The position numbers were made by a program, and so were the translations under genes. This document shows, in pieces, positions 28,494 through 41,272 of a DNA stretch of 64,000 bases. The stretch is from Octopus vulgaris. Its lineage: Eukaryota. Under the pieces are notes generated by a model, which worked only from the letters and a program-made list of their open reading frames with translations, was not told the DNA's origin and searched no databases. The DNA lies in assembly GCA_951406725.2 (NCBI GenBank), contig OX597825.1:29698001-29762000 (forward strand), written 5' to 3'. Position 1 is the stretch's first letter, and every line of letters starts with the position of its first letter.

Positions 28494-28618
28494 ATATTTC
28501 TGCTGCTTTTAAATAAAGCTTATTACTCTACCTCTGGTATTTGAGTACTCTTTTTTTCCACCTTGTTTCACATTTATGTGCTTACTCCGGTATACATATA
28601 CATATGTATATATATATG

Positions 28619-28657
<39 letters not shown>

Positions 28658-28751
28658 TCACATCTATCAATCTGTCTATCTATCAATCTATCTATCTATA
28701 TATACACTCACACACACACGTGTGTATATCTATATCTATATCTATATATAC

Positions 28752-28801
<50 letters not shown>

Positions 28802-28840
28802 TGTTATTTCATTAATCTTGTAAATGACACATGATGCAAG

Positions 28841-28875
<35 letters not shown>

Positions 28876-29385
28876 CATATAACTAAGAATTCATTTTGAA
28901 AGTAAGTTACAACTGTAGATGTTGCTGCCTCAGTTAGTCTACTAGCCTCTTAGCAAAATGCTTTCTTCGCTGCCACAGTAAAATTAGCTAATTTAATAAG
29001 TTATAGGTAACATATCAACTAAACTGTAAGCATTGTCAGATGGAATACATCAGAAAAATTGGTCAACCAGTGACAGAATGATTTGCTAAGTATAGAAACT
29101 TAGCACATTTATTTATTTATTCGTTTATATATTTATTTTATATGGTTAGGGGATAGGGGTATATTTTCTTTATTTGTTTCCTCTTAGTTTTGGTTTTATT
29201 TGGTAATTGTGTTTGGTTTTTTTGGGTTGGTTTTTTTTTTGCCTTATATATCAACATAAATCTTTCAGATGTTTAGATTCAAGCAATGCAAATATTTCTT
29301 TTTACTTTTTCTCCCTGCTGTCTCTCTTTCTCTCCCTGTGTTCATATATATATGTATATATATATATACACACACTCACGCACAC

Positions 29386-29435
<50 letters not shown>

Positions 29436-29465
29436 TGACGTATTTAACTCACTTTGATATTTATC

Positions 29466-29535
<70 letters not shown>

Positions 29536-29769
29536 TATATATATACATATACACACATATACATACATACATGATATATATAGAAATATGTATACATATA
29601 TATACATAAATATGTATATATAATATATATGAAGTTATATATATGCATACATACATAATATGTATGAATATATATATACATAAATTTATAAATACACACA
29701 CATACATACATAACTATACATATCATCATCATCATCATCATCGTCGTTTAACGTCCGCTTTCCATGCTA

Positions 29770-29804
<35 letters not shown>

Positions 29805-30506
29805 TATATATGCATATACATACATGTATACATATATGCATATATACATACATACGCCACTCTGTATACACATAGATATTTATATAAATTTATACATACA
29901 CGCATGCATCACAGACATGCAAACATAAATTCCATTTATTCACTTCCTTATTTTTTCCACTACCACTTCAACATCCCCACAAATAAAAAAAAAAACAAAA
30001 AAACAAAACGATATTCTAAATCTGAAGATTAACTCAGCCAGACATTCATTTACAATGTTCAACAACAATTGCAATAGCAACAACAACATGTCAAGAAAAT
30101 AACAACAACGACAATAATAATGATCATGATAATAATAATAACAATGACAACAACAACAACAACAACAATAATGATAATAATAATAATAGTAATAATAATA
30201 ATAATAATAAAAGTAATAATAATAATAATAACAATCAGTGGAAAAGAAAAAATATGCTCACTCAGACTATTTTGTTCCATGTTTTAATATTTCCTATTCT
30301 AATCAACTTGGATAAGCAACCATTCTTTTCAAAGAAATAGTTTTTCAGAGTTTAGGAAATACAAAATTATATATATATGTATATATATCATGCATCATAT
30401 CAGTTGTAAAACCGGGATGTACATTTGTCACTCTTTTTTTCTGTTGATTGTAATGGTTTCTACTTATCAATTGCTCTATAGTTTTGTCCTATTTCAGTTG
30501 TCCAAG

Positions 30507-30551
<45 letters not shown>

Positions 30552-30556
30552 GTAAA

Positions 30557-30607
<51 letters not shown>

Positions 30608-30798
30608 GACGAAGAAGAAGAAGAAGATAATGATGAAGGAGAAGGAGGAGGAGGGGGAATAGAATGATTTCTTTTATTAGCCACAGGGATTAGATGAGGG
30701 GAACAATTTATGCTGAAGTTTACATAAAAGATAAGAAAAACAGAAGCCAGATAAATAATGAAATGAAATAAGAGTATATATATATATATATATATATA

Positions 30799-30995
30799 TA
30801 GGGTGAGAATTCACAAAAATCTAAAGACGAAGTCAAGTGGTGTAGACAACAAACAGATGTATTAGTTTAACGCTCAGGAATTGAAAAAAATCTTTAATAT
30901 TTCAAGCCTGCGCTCTTCCACAGAAATGAACACAGAAGGAAACAAGGAGAGAAAATAAAGAATGTGTAGTGGCTAGCGATCTATCATGGCGAATG
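30799..30995 (-). mobile_element. Family D short element (PLE-terminus-like) in a (TA)n tract
   Basis: About 190 bp shared with 40622-40810 and 53816-54006 (aaacagatgtattagt...gctcagga...gctctt...cagaaa...gatctatcatggcga). Confidence 0.65.
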
Positions 30996-31393
30996 CCGGA
31001 CATATATGTATGTATCGAAATGTGGAGTAGATGAAACAAGGACAACTGATGAAGAGGATGTTCTTTATGTTGCATGTCTTGTTTCTCTGTTTATTTTTAT
31101 TGTCGCTGTTCAAAAAAAGTTTCTTTTCTATATTTTTTGTTTTTATGTTTTAGTTTTCTCATTGTGTCTACATTTTTTGATGTCCTGTATCCATATATGC
31201 ATGTATATATATACATATATATGTAGGTATGTACATATGTGTATGTATATATGCATATATTGTATGTATAATTTATATATATACTTTATTTTTGTATCTG
31301 ATCTTCATGGGAATTGTGTGTTGGTACAAATTTTTTTGTCTCCCTAGACACAAAATACATACATAAATACATACATACATACATATATATATG

Positions 31394-31448
<55 letters not shown>

Positions 31449-31459
<11 letters not shown>

Positions 31460-31938
31460 TGTAGTTATGTGAGTGTCTGTCCCCTTCGATTTTGATTCCT
31501 AACTACTCCCACATTTTGCGGTGCAGTTTAACCAAATTCGGGTATCTTATAGTCGTGATTCATATCGAGCCCGTCTGGGTATTAGCGCGCGTCTACGATG
31601 AGTCTACGATTTTAAAAATAATTTAACATCATTTTTTATTCCATTTTAATGCATAATTTTTCGTGTGTCGATGGTGGCGGTGTTGGCGTCCACGCTCACA
31701 TCTGCACCTGTTTGCTTCTCCCTCGTGAAGCTGTGGGGAAGGGAGTGTAAGGAAATCAACGTCGTAAAGCGTCGTCAAGGAGACCAGCGTTCTTTTAGAA
31801 CAACGACTTCATGGCTTGAAGACACCAAAACAGAAATGGCTAAGAAAGCCCGAATTGGCATCTATAAGGAAGTAACTCTCTAAAAATGCTTATATAGTTA
31901 TTTCCCTTACAAACCCGAGCAACGCCGGGATACTGCTA

Positions 31939-31939
<1 letters not shown>
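31449..31939 (+). mobile_element. Non-autonomous Helitron-like element
   Basis: Starts with tatataaaa emerging from a (TA)n tract. Ends with the subterminal hairpin cccgagcaacgccggg (31914-31929), followed 6 nt later by CTAG|T. No TIR or TSD; CpG-rich. Confidence 0.8.
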
Positions 31940-31996
<57 letters not shown>

Positions 31997-32034
31997 ATAT
32001 ATATATATATTTTATATACAACATTTGTGATAAC

Positions 32035-32620
32035 ATGAATGATGCAGTCCTCCTGGTACAAGAGAAAATCCAACTAGGGCCAGTCTAGGAACATTACAAG
32101 TCCCAGATTATTCTGATCACCAACTGGTCGCTGTTAGTGTTAAAGGTAACATGTAATCCAGTACTCCTTCTTAAATGTTCAGCCTGTCAGAAACTAAACT
32201 GGCAACTCCACCAAGGTGTGGGTTTTGTTGGACATGCTGCAGGAGGGAAAACAAAACCTGCTGAAGGCAAAGGAACTCCCTAGAGTCAATGGCGAGCCAA
32301 CTGTATGAGTGTTTCTTTATTTGCTGTGAGGGTAAATACTGGAGGTGGCAACCAGCACAAGGAAACCAAATTCAAGGCTGCTCAGAAGTGTTGGTTGACA
32401 ACATGTCTAGTGATGGTGGCACAACATAACTTAAGTTAGTGGTAACCTTTAAACACATGCCTCATTCATGAATGAAATATCTAAAGGGAAATGTAATCCT
32501 AATGACATCCATTAAGCTGGGGCTTTAGCAAGGATGTTATGTCTGGAGGTGTCCTGCGGAACAGAAACACAGGCCCAGTTATAATCAAACGATTGCTGAC
32601 CCACAACAGAGACAGATATT
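32035..32620 (+). mobile_element. GC-richer decayed segment, possibly the 5' UTR of an RTE-type LINE
   Basis: Compositional island with no ORF. The resemblance to LINE 5' UTRs is by recall only. Confidence 0.25.
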
Positions 32621-32702
32621 AATATGGGTAAAAGAAAACAATACATTGTAGATTGAATTTTATATTTGGTCTGAGCCAGAGAAATGAGGTTACAGAAAAG
32701 AG

Positions 32703-33215
32703 GTTATTATTTTGGTTTGGCTCAGGTTCTTATTCCTGATACAAATTATACGAATAGTGGGTTACTACCTGCAACCTTAGGTATCCACAAGTTTTCAGCT
32801 GTTTTTCAAGTCCTTAGAACTCTCCTGATAATCCTTGCTGTCCCTAAGAGACAAACTTTCTGAAGGATCTCTACCAAGCATTCTATTTCAATCGCCTTCA
32901 GCCTTTTGTCTATATCTTTGCTTACTGTTGCCAATGCACCACTTATTATGGACATGATCTTTACTGTTTGCATGCTCCAAATTCTTCCTATTTCAAATTT
33001 TAGGGGATCATATTTTGTTTTTTTTTTGTTTTTCTTCCTCTTTCTTTATGATCCTGGTGTCAAATGGGCATGATGGGCCAATAAATAAACAACACCGCTT
33101 TACCTAATCTATAATTGTCATATCTGGTCTATTATTTCCAAATTTCTTGTCAATTTGAATAGGAGAGTCCTGCAAAATCTTACATTTTTCCAACTCCAGT
33201 ACTATTTCAACTCGA
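32703..33215 (-). mobile_element. 5'-truncated R4/Dong-type non-LTR retrotransposon (restriction-like endonuclease domain plus 3' UTR)
   Basis: The minus strand reads KCKILQDSPIQIDKKFGNNRPDMTIID*...PSCPFDTRIIKKEEEK/KYDPLKFEIGRIWSM...GALATV...LQKVCLLGTARIIRRVLRT*. The RPD, KE.EK..KY, GAL and GTA.I.R.VL motifs are those of R4-clade REL domains. Confidence 0.85.
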
Positions 33216-33219
33216 TATA

Positions 33220-33308
<89 letters not shown>

Positions 33309-33324
33309 TAGCATTATTTAGTCT

Positions 33325-33519
33325 TTTAATCTCAAGTTTTGTTGTAACACCTGGTGTCTTGCATACAAAGAAGGCTTGCTGCGTGTAGCCTACGGTACCA
33401 TGCTATCTGTTCTCTTCAACTATTTAATATTTGCTTGATTCTGGTTATGTCAAAGAAGCAAACCTTTTGTAACAGTTCTACTGGGCACTCTATTTCAATT
33501 TCCTTTGTATTCCTCTTGA
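33325..33519 (-). mobile_element. Second, shorter R4/Dong-type 3' end inside (TAA)n
   Basis: KEIEIECPVELLQKVCFFDITRIKQILNS* aligns with KAIEIECLVEILQKVCLLGTARIIRRVLRT* of the neighbouring copy. (TAT)n flanks both sides. Confidence 0.75.
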
Positions 33520-33522
33520 TTA

Positions 33523-33582
<60 letters not shown>

Positions 33583-33611
33583 CATCATCAACATCATCAT
33601 CATTATTATTA

Positions 33612-33643
<32 letters not shown>

Positions 33644-33845
33644 GTTATCATTATTGTTATTATTATTATTATTATTACTAGTAGTAGTATTAGTAGTAGT
33701 ATGCACCTGTATGCTACATTTGGAATCAATGTCCTTGATTCCTAGGTTATCAAGGATCTTTGAACACTCCTTTCTGTACCAAAGACAACAAATTTCTGTA
33801 TTAATGTAGTTTCCTTAGTTACATTGAACTCAAAATAATAATAAC

Positions 33846-33929
<84 letters not shown>

Positions 33930-34418
33930 TATCAATATTAATCAACATCATCATCATAATTATTATAAATATAATTTACTTTACTGATCATTATTATTGA
34001 TACAGACCATTCTGATATATATAGTTCTTTAAAATTACTTCAGTCCACTTTCTTCTACTTTAGTTCACAATTTCCTCACTTGATAAATTCCTACCACTCA
34101 CACCTTCTCCCCAAACGTTAATTAATCCATTGACTGCCTCTAACGCTGAACACATGACAATTAATGTCATATTCAAACATAGAATTCAGACAGGCTGGCA
34201 TACAGATGTCAATCTAGAATATGAATTAAACAAATTTAAATGAAAATGAGGCAAAGACAACTCAGAGAAAAACATTTCCTTTATAAGATTAATAATGTCA
34301 CCTTGCAGCTACATGGCATGGTTTCAATTCCAGAATAACTTTATTAGATTAGTTATATACATAGATGTGTATGTATATATATATATATGTGTGTGTGTGT
34401 ATGTGTGTATCTATATAA

Positions 34419-34457
<39 letters not shown>

Positions 34458-34464
34458 TATATAC

Positions 34465-34529
<65 letters not shown>

Positions 34530-34619
34530 TATATATATATATGTACATATATATATATATGTATATATATGTATATAAATATATATATGTATATATATGT
34601 ATATATATATATATCTATA

Positions 34620-34674
<55 letters not shown>

Positions 34675-35242
34675 ATACCTATACACTCACATGCATGTTA
34701 TTTTTATGTGTGTGTATGTATTTCAGGCCTAATTTGTAAACAATAGTCTTATATTAAATATTGTACATTCTCTCTCTTTACTCTTGCCAATCAATTGTTT
34801 TCTTTTCTATGGTGAACATCACAATCCCGCCTGTTTCTTCTTTACCTTCTTTGTATACTTCTTTGATTATTGTTTTAGCGCTTTATATTTCTACGCTTTT
34901 ACAGAAATTTTCTTTTGCTTGTCTGACGCCATATATCATTATGTTTTGCCTCCAGTTTTGCCTCATAGATTTACTCGTGAAATTTGTGTGGTTTTTATAA
35001 ATACACACAGACACGCACACACACACGTACAGGCACGCACTCATATATACACATATGCTGAGAACAAGAAGCAAATTCTCAGCAACCATTTAAAACAAAT
35101 CTGTCATGGAAACATGTCCAAAAGTATTAACCCATTTGGAAATAGATAAGAGTTGGTGGCTGTAAGTGCAACCAGCTGTAGAGATAATCTGCCTCAGGAA
35201 CTTCTATCTGACCCATGCAAGCTTGAAAAAGTGGACATAAAA

Positions 35243-35500
35243 CGATGATGATGATGATCATCATCATCATTGTCTTCGTCTTCGTCATCGTCATCATCAC
35301 CATCATCACCACCATCATCATTATCATCACCATCATCATCATCATCATCATCATCATTATCACCATCATCATCATCATCATCCCCATCATCACCATCACC
35401 ATCCCCATCATCACCATCATCATCATCATCATCATCATCCACATCACCGTCATCATCATCATCACCATCACCATCATCCTCATCCTCATCCTCATCATCA
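35243..35500. repeat. Imperfect (CAT)n microsatellite
   Basis: Direct reading. Confidence 0.95.
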
Positions 35501-36012
35501 GTATATATTATATATATATATATATATGTAATACACTATATATATATTTTTTTTGAAGCTGAAATTACATATATTGCCTGTATTAGTTTTATGCTTTATT
35601 GATTTTTTCAGGCAATCAAACTAGTAAATGAAACAATTCTGTATTTATGTATAGAATAAGGTACAAAACCCTTTGAGTAATCATGTTAACAATATTAACT
35701 TTGTTGCTTGAATATTATTGTATAAGACTATTAGACATTCACTCGCTTCTCTTTTTGATATATGACAACAAAAATAATGATTTTTTTATTCACCTCATAT
35801 CAAATCTACAGTTGGGTAAACAACTGCTAGTTTTATATATGTATGTATTTATATATGTGTATATGTGTGTGTGTATGTATATATATACATACGTATACAC
35901 ACACATACACATACACATATATATGTGTATATATATACACATATATATACATATATATGTATATGCATATATATTTATATACAAATTTATATATGAGCAT
36001 ATATATATATAT

Positions 36013-36075
<63 letters not shown>

Positions 36076-36949
36076 CATGTATGTATATATATATATGTAT
36101 ATATAAAAATAAATAAATATATATATACGCATATATATATATACGTATATGCACATATATTTATGAAAATTTATACATATATATGTATATATCATTTATC
36201 TATAAATATATTTATATATGTATGTATTTATACATTCATACATATACATATATATATATATATACATATAAATAAATATATGTATTTATATATATGCTGA
36301 TATACATACACACTCACACACAGATATGTATGTTTATATAGATATGTATGTATATTGATAGACACACACACACATACAAAAATTATATTTTAAGCTGAAA
36401 TTAGAAATTGCATAGATCACAAATATTAGATTTGTGTTTCACCAATTTTAAAGCAATCAATGAACTAAACGAAACAATTTTGTATTTATACAATGAATAA
36501 GTTATAAAACCCATTGTATAACCACGATAACAATATAAAACTTTTTCATGTAATTGAAGTAGCATTGTACAAGGGTATCAGACGTTTGCCATTTGTCATT
36601 TTGATAGAGGACAAGCAAAATAACAAATATTTTTATTCACGTTATATATCAAAAAGACACAAGCGGGTGAATATCTGATAGACTTATGCATTGGCATTCC
36701 AACTACATCAAAAATGGAGATTTATTGTTAGCATGCTTATTGAAAGATTTGTTTTGTTTTGTTTGTTTTTTTGTTATTTTATATATAACGTGATTGTTGT
36801 ATAAATACAAAATTGTTTCATATGTAACTTTGATTGCATGGAAATCAGTATAACGTGAAACTAATAGTAGCAATTTATGTAATAACAGCTTAAAATAAAA
36901 TTGATATGTGGATGTATATATCTAATATATATATATATATATATGTATG

Positions 36950-37490
<541 letters not shown>

Positions 37491-38620
37491 CTGTCATCAT
37501 TCAATGTCTGCTTTCAATGTTGGTTGATTCACTGCCATTCTAAGCAATATCTCACTGTTTCTTCCATCTATGGCATGGCTTGCATGGATAGATGCTCTTC
37601 TTAATGCCAACTACTTTTCTGAGTGTACTGAGTGCATTCAGCTGCACAGAATTTGCAATTTCTCACCCATATATGAAGGTCATTTCATTTTTATGTTAAC
37701 TCTGTGTATTTTCCTCCAGATTATTGAGTGTTTTGGGTGCAATTCATTGCAGCAACACAGCTAGTGAGCTGGTCTTTTGTTGCAAAAGGCTATAAAAGTG
37801 TTTTCACTGTGGTATTTCCATTTACGTTTGCTAGTGTATCAGACATGTTTCTACATGAGACTTACCCTAAATTTACTCGGTCATTTTGTAGAGACAATAA
37901 GCAAATTTGTTACGCTTCAGCAAACATTGAATGGAAGTAATTTTAAAGCAGTTTTGAGAAGAAACCGTATGTTTTTGTGCATTTAAATGCATCATAAAGT
38001 CGGATTATGTCCAAAATCATATGTTGTAACTTTGTACTGTACTTGGAAGGAAAGTAAGTTAATTTTACTATAACTAAAAAGAAATATCATACAATGGTAT
38101 TAATGAATACTGGTACATGCTGGCAAAGCAAATATATTGATAAAAATAGACATGAAGCAAACAACAAAAGACAATATATGTGAATGAATTCCTTTGTATA
38201 TATTGTACATAGAGATAAAACAAGTATTTCATTAATATTGGTGCACAGCAAGCAACAAGGAAATATTGAATACATTATTATAGAAACTGGAATTTTAGTG
38301 AATAACATAGGCTACAGAGCAAGTAGCAAAGGTTATTTGTGTTCATAAATCTGGAGTACCATCATGTTAATCCACTAACTTCATCTGTATTTCTCTTCGT
38401 TGCTTTTAGATTTGAATTGTGCATAATCATTTTAGTGGATGATGAAACTATTAGGCTGTAATTTGGAAGCAGTGCTAGAATTGTCTTGCAATGTTTATTT
38501 CAGCTCTCAATGTATAGGTTCAAATATTGCCAAGATCATCTCTGCCTTTTATCCTTTCTGGGGTTAGTAAAACGAAATACCAGTCTAAACAGTGGAGTGG
38601 CAGATTCGGTAGAGCTTTAA

Positions 38621-39067
38621 CCCTTTTGTTACTGTATTTAGTTAGTTAGTTAGATAATTTGGCTCAAAAGCAAATAACAAGGCCATGTAGGGGGACATGG
38701 AGTTAAGTACAGGGTGGTGTTCATGTAAAGAGTTCAGGCCACTTGAGGTCCAGGGAGGCTTTGAACAAAGCGGTCGTCGGCATCTTCACCATCTCGTCTG
38801 GCAGCTTGTTCCACGGATCCGCAACCCGGACGGAGAAAGCTCCTCTCCTTCGATTGAGATGTACTTATTTTGAGATGCTCCGTGTTTCTTTCAATTACTT
38901 TAAATTTAACAAAGAATTTAGTAAAATAACTTAGTTATCATTCAATAAGTGTTAGGAGCATAAATTGTGACTAAAGTTTGGTGGAAGATTTTAATTCAAG
39001 ACTTATGAAAACAAGACATTTGTACTCAGAGCTAGAGCCGATTTCAGCCGGGTTGGAAACGAAAGGG
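38621..39067 (+). mobile_element. piggyBac-type MITE (TTAA target) interrupted by a CR1 fragment
   Basis: TTAA|CCCTTT...AAAGGG|TTAA termini. A related copy lies in the opposite orientation at 47731-48189. Confidence 0.8.
38641..38859 (-). mobile_element. 5'-truncated CR1-clade LINE 3' end
   Basis: The minus strand reads LNRRRGAFSVRVADPWNKLPDEMVKMPTTALFKASLDLKWPELFT* (the F..RV...WN.LP...FK..LD C-terminal pattern), followed by a short 3' UTR and a (TAAC)n tail. TSD-like tgta(t/c)tta at 38633-38640 and 38860-38867. Confidence 0.85.
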
Positions 39068-40504
39068 TTAAATAGGATACCTTGTTATATTTATTCTGCA
39101 TCTTTGTATTTCAAGTTGTTCAATAGTAAACTTAATCCATCATTCACTTTAATACTAACGTCACCTGTTCTTTGGATGCCTATAATGATTTTCACTCTGT
39201 TGTAAGTTTTCAGATGGGTCTCTCGTTGAAGATAATATCCCCACTTCCATCAGTTTGGAAAGTCCTGAAAAATATTAAGGGTCTTGGATGAAGCCATTTT
39301 AAATGGTTAAAAAAATGGTCAGGCTTCTTTAGTTTAACATGCATGTATATAAAGCTACTTTTAGTTTTGGCTACTTGACAATTCCCCTCAGAGATGGCTA
39401 TATCCGACAGCTTTTAGCTGATTATCTTGTGAAAATGTTTCCATCTGAAAGTATCTTCTGTGGCATGTGTTCTTCTAATTTGCAAAAGTACAACTCCTAA
39501 AATCAAATTCTATGAGTGCTGTCCCTCCTTAAGGCTGTCAGATGACACACATTACAAAGGCAATAATTTTGTATAAGCTTTCTATTTCCTTCCTATGATC
39601 ATAATATTTTTGTCTTCTTTCCAGTATCACCATCATCTTATATCGGAGAGATTTTCGAAATTCTTGCTTGATTGGATTGAATATAGCTTACCATGTTCTG
39701 CAGATGTTAATTTAGATATAGCGCCATTAAATCCTATTTCAATTTCAATATTACATTACCAAATTGTGATTATCCAGAAGTATGTGGTTCATAATTTCAC
39801 ATTGTTTAAAGCAAACTTGCAACAATTATGTTGAGAGGTATATGGTGAAATAAAGAATTTTTCACTGCCACTATTTATTGGCTTAACTGGCTGGCTATCC
39901 TTGTAAATATCTTACATAAAACAGATAGTAAAATATTTCTGTATCTATTAGGTTTATGTTTCAAATCCTATTAGCTGTTATCTGAAAACATGATTGCAGA
40001 CAAACTAAATGTTCAATGAATGCAATTACATTAAATGTTTTGAGGACTAATCTAGATTTGAATGTATTATACATGCTTGACATTCAAAAATATATATTTA
40101 GAAAAGCAAGCATTACTGTGTGATTAAGAAGCTTGCTTTACAACCACTTGGCTTTGAGTTCAATCCTACTGTGTGGCACCTTGACTAAATGTCTTTTACT
40201 ATAATAGCCTTGCACAAACCAAAGCCTTCTAGAGAGTATATTTGCTTGACAGAAAGAGAAAAAGGTCATTTGTAACTATCAGTTGGTGTCAAAATAAAAG
40301 GACAAAAACACATACATGCATGCACACTACTATATGTATGTGTGTATGTTGGTCTATATATGTATGTTTTGGTATGCGTGTTTGAGTCACCTTGTTTTTT
40401 GACATTGCGTGACTGCTGTAAATGATGACTTTTCAGCACCACCTCATGTGTATATATGCAATGTATATATGTGTGTGTGTGTGTGTGCACATATAAACAT
40501 ACAT

Positions 40505-40535
<31 letters not shown>

Positions 40536-40621
40536 TATATATTAATCAATTGTAAAGTTACATAAAAAGTTACGCAACTTTACAGCTGATTAATATATGT
40601 CTGCATGTATGTATATATATA

Positions 40622-40810
40622 GGGAGAGTTTATGAAAAGAACAAAAGATGAAGACAGGTGGTATACAAAACAAACAGATGTATTAGTATAACGCTCAGGA
40701 ATAGAAAAAGTCTTTTATGTTTCGAGCCTACGCTCTTCTACAGAAAGGGACACAGAAAAAATAAGGAGAGAAAAAAATGTGTGTAATGGCTAATGATCTA
40801 TCATGGCGAC
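40622..40810 (-). mobile_element. Family D short element (PLE-terminus-like)
   Basis: Homologous to 30799-30995 and 53816-54006. Carries a hammerhead-like motif at 40712-40747 on the minus strand. Confidence 0.65.
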
Positions 40811-41272
40811 TAGTGCCAGACAGCACTAGTATGTATATATATGCTTGTATTTAAATATTCATGTATGTATATTTACTCATACACATACCAAAAACAAAAA
40901 TACTGCATTGTTGACAAAACATTCATCAATTATGCAGTATTACTGCTACATACAGCAGTGGCATAGACAGAACAACCTCCTGATAACAGGAAAAAAAAAA
41001 CCAGCCACTATTTGACCATTAAGCCACTTAGCGTATCGTTTCAGCCAGCTGCAACTCTCAATTTATTATTCCTTTTGATATTTTGGTGTGTTCTCTGAAT
41101 CAGATAATTTTTTCAAATTAAAGCAGATGTCACCGTATTCCAATTATTTCTTATCTGAATTATCATCAGTTTCCAGAATTGTACTTTTTACGTATGATAC
41201 ACAGTGTTTATTTTTCTACCCATTTCAGTCTCAGTTTGCTCCACTTTCATGATTACTATCTATTTTTCTGTA

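Noticed and set aside
31030-31075. CTGATGA motif as a possible hammerhead
   Set aside because: There is no helix II followed by GAAA downstream, and I could not assemble the three helices.
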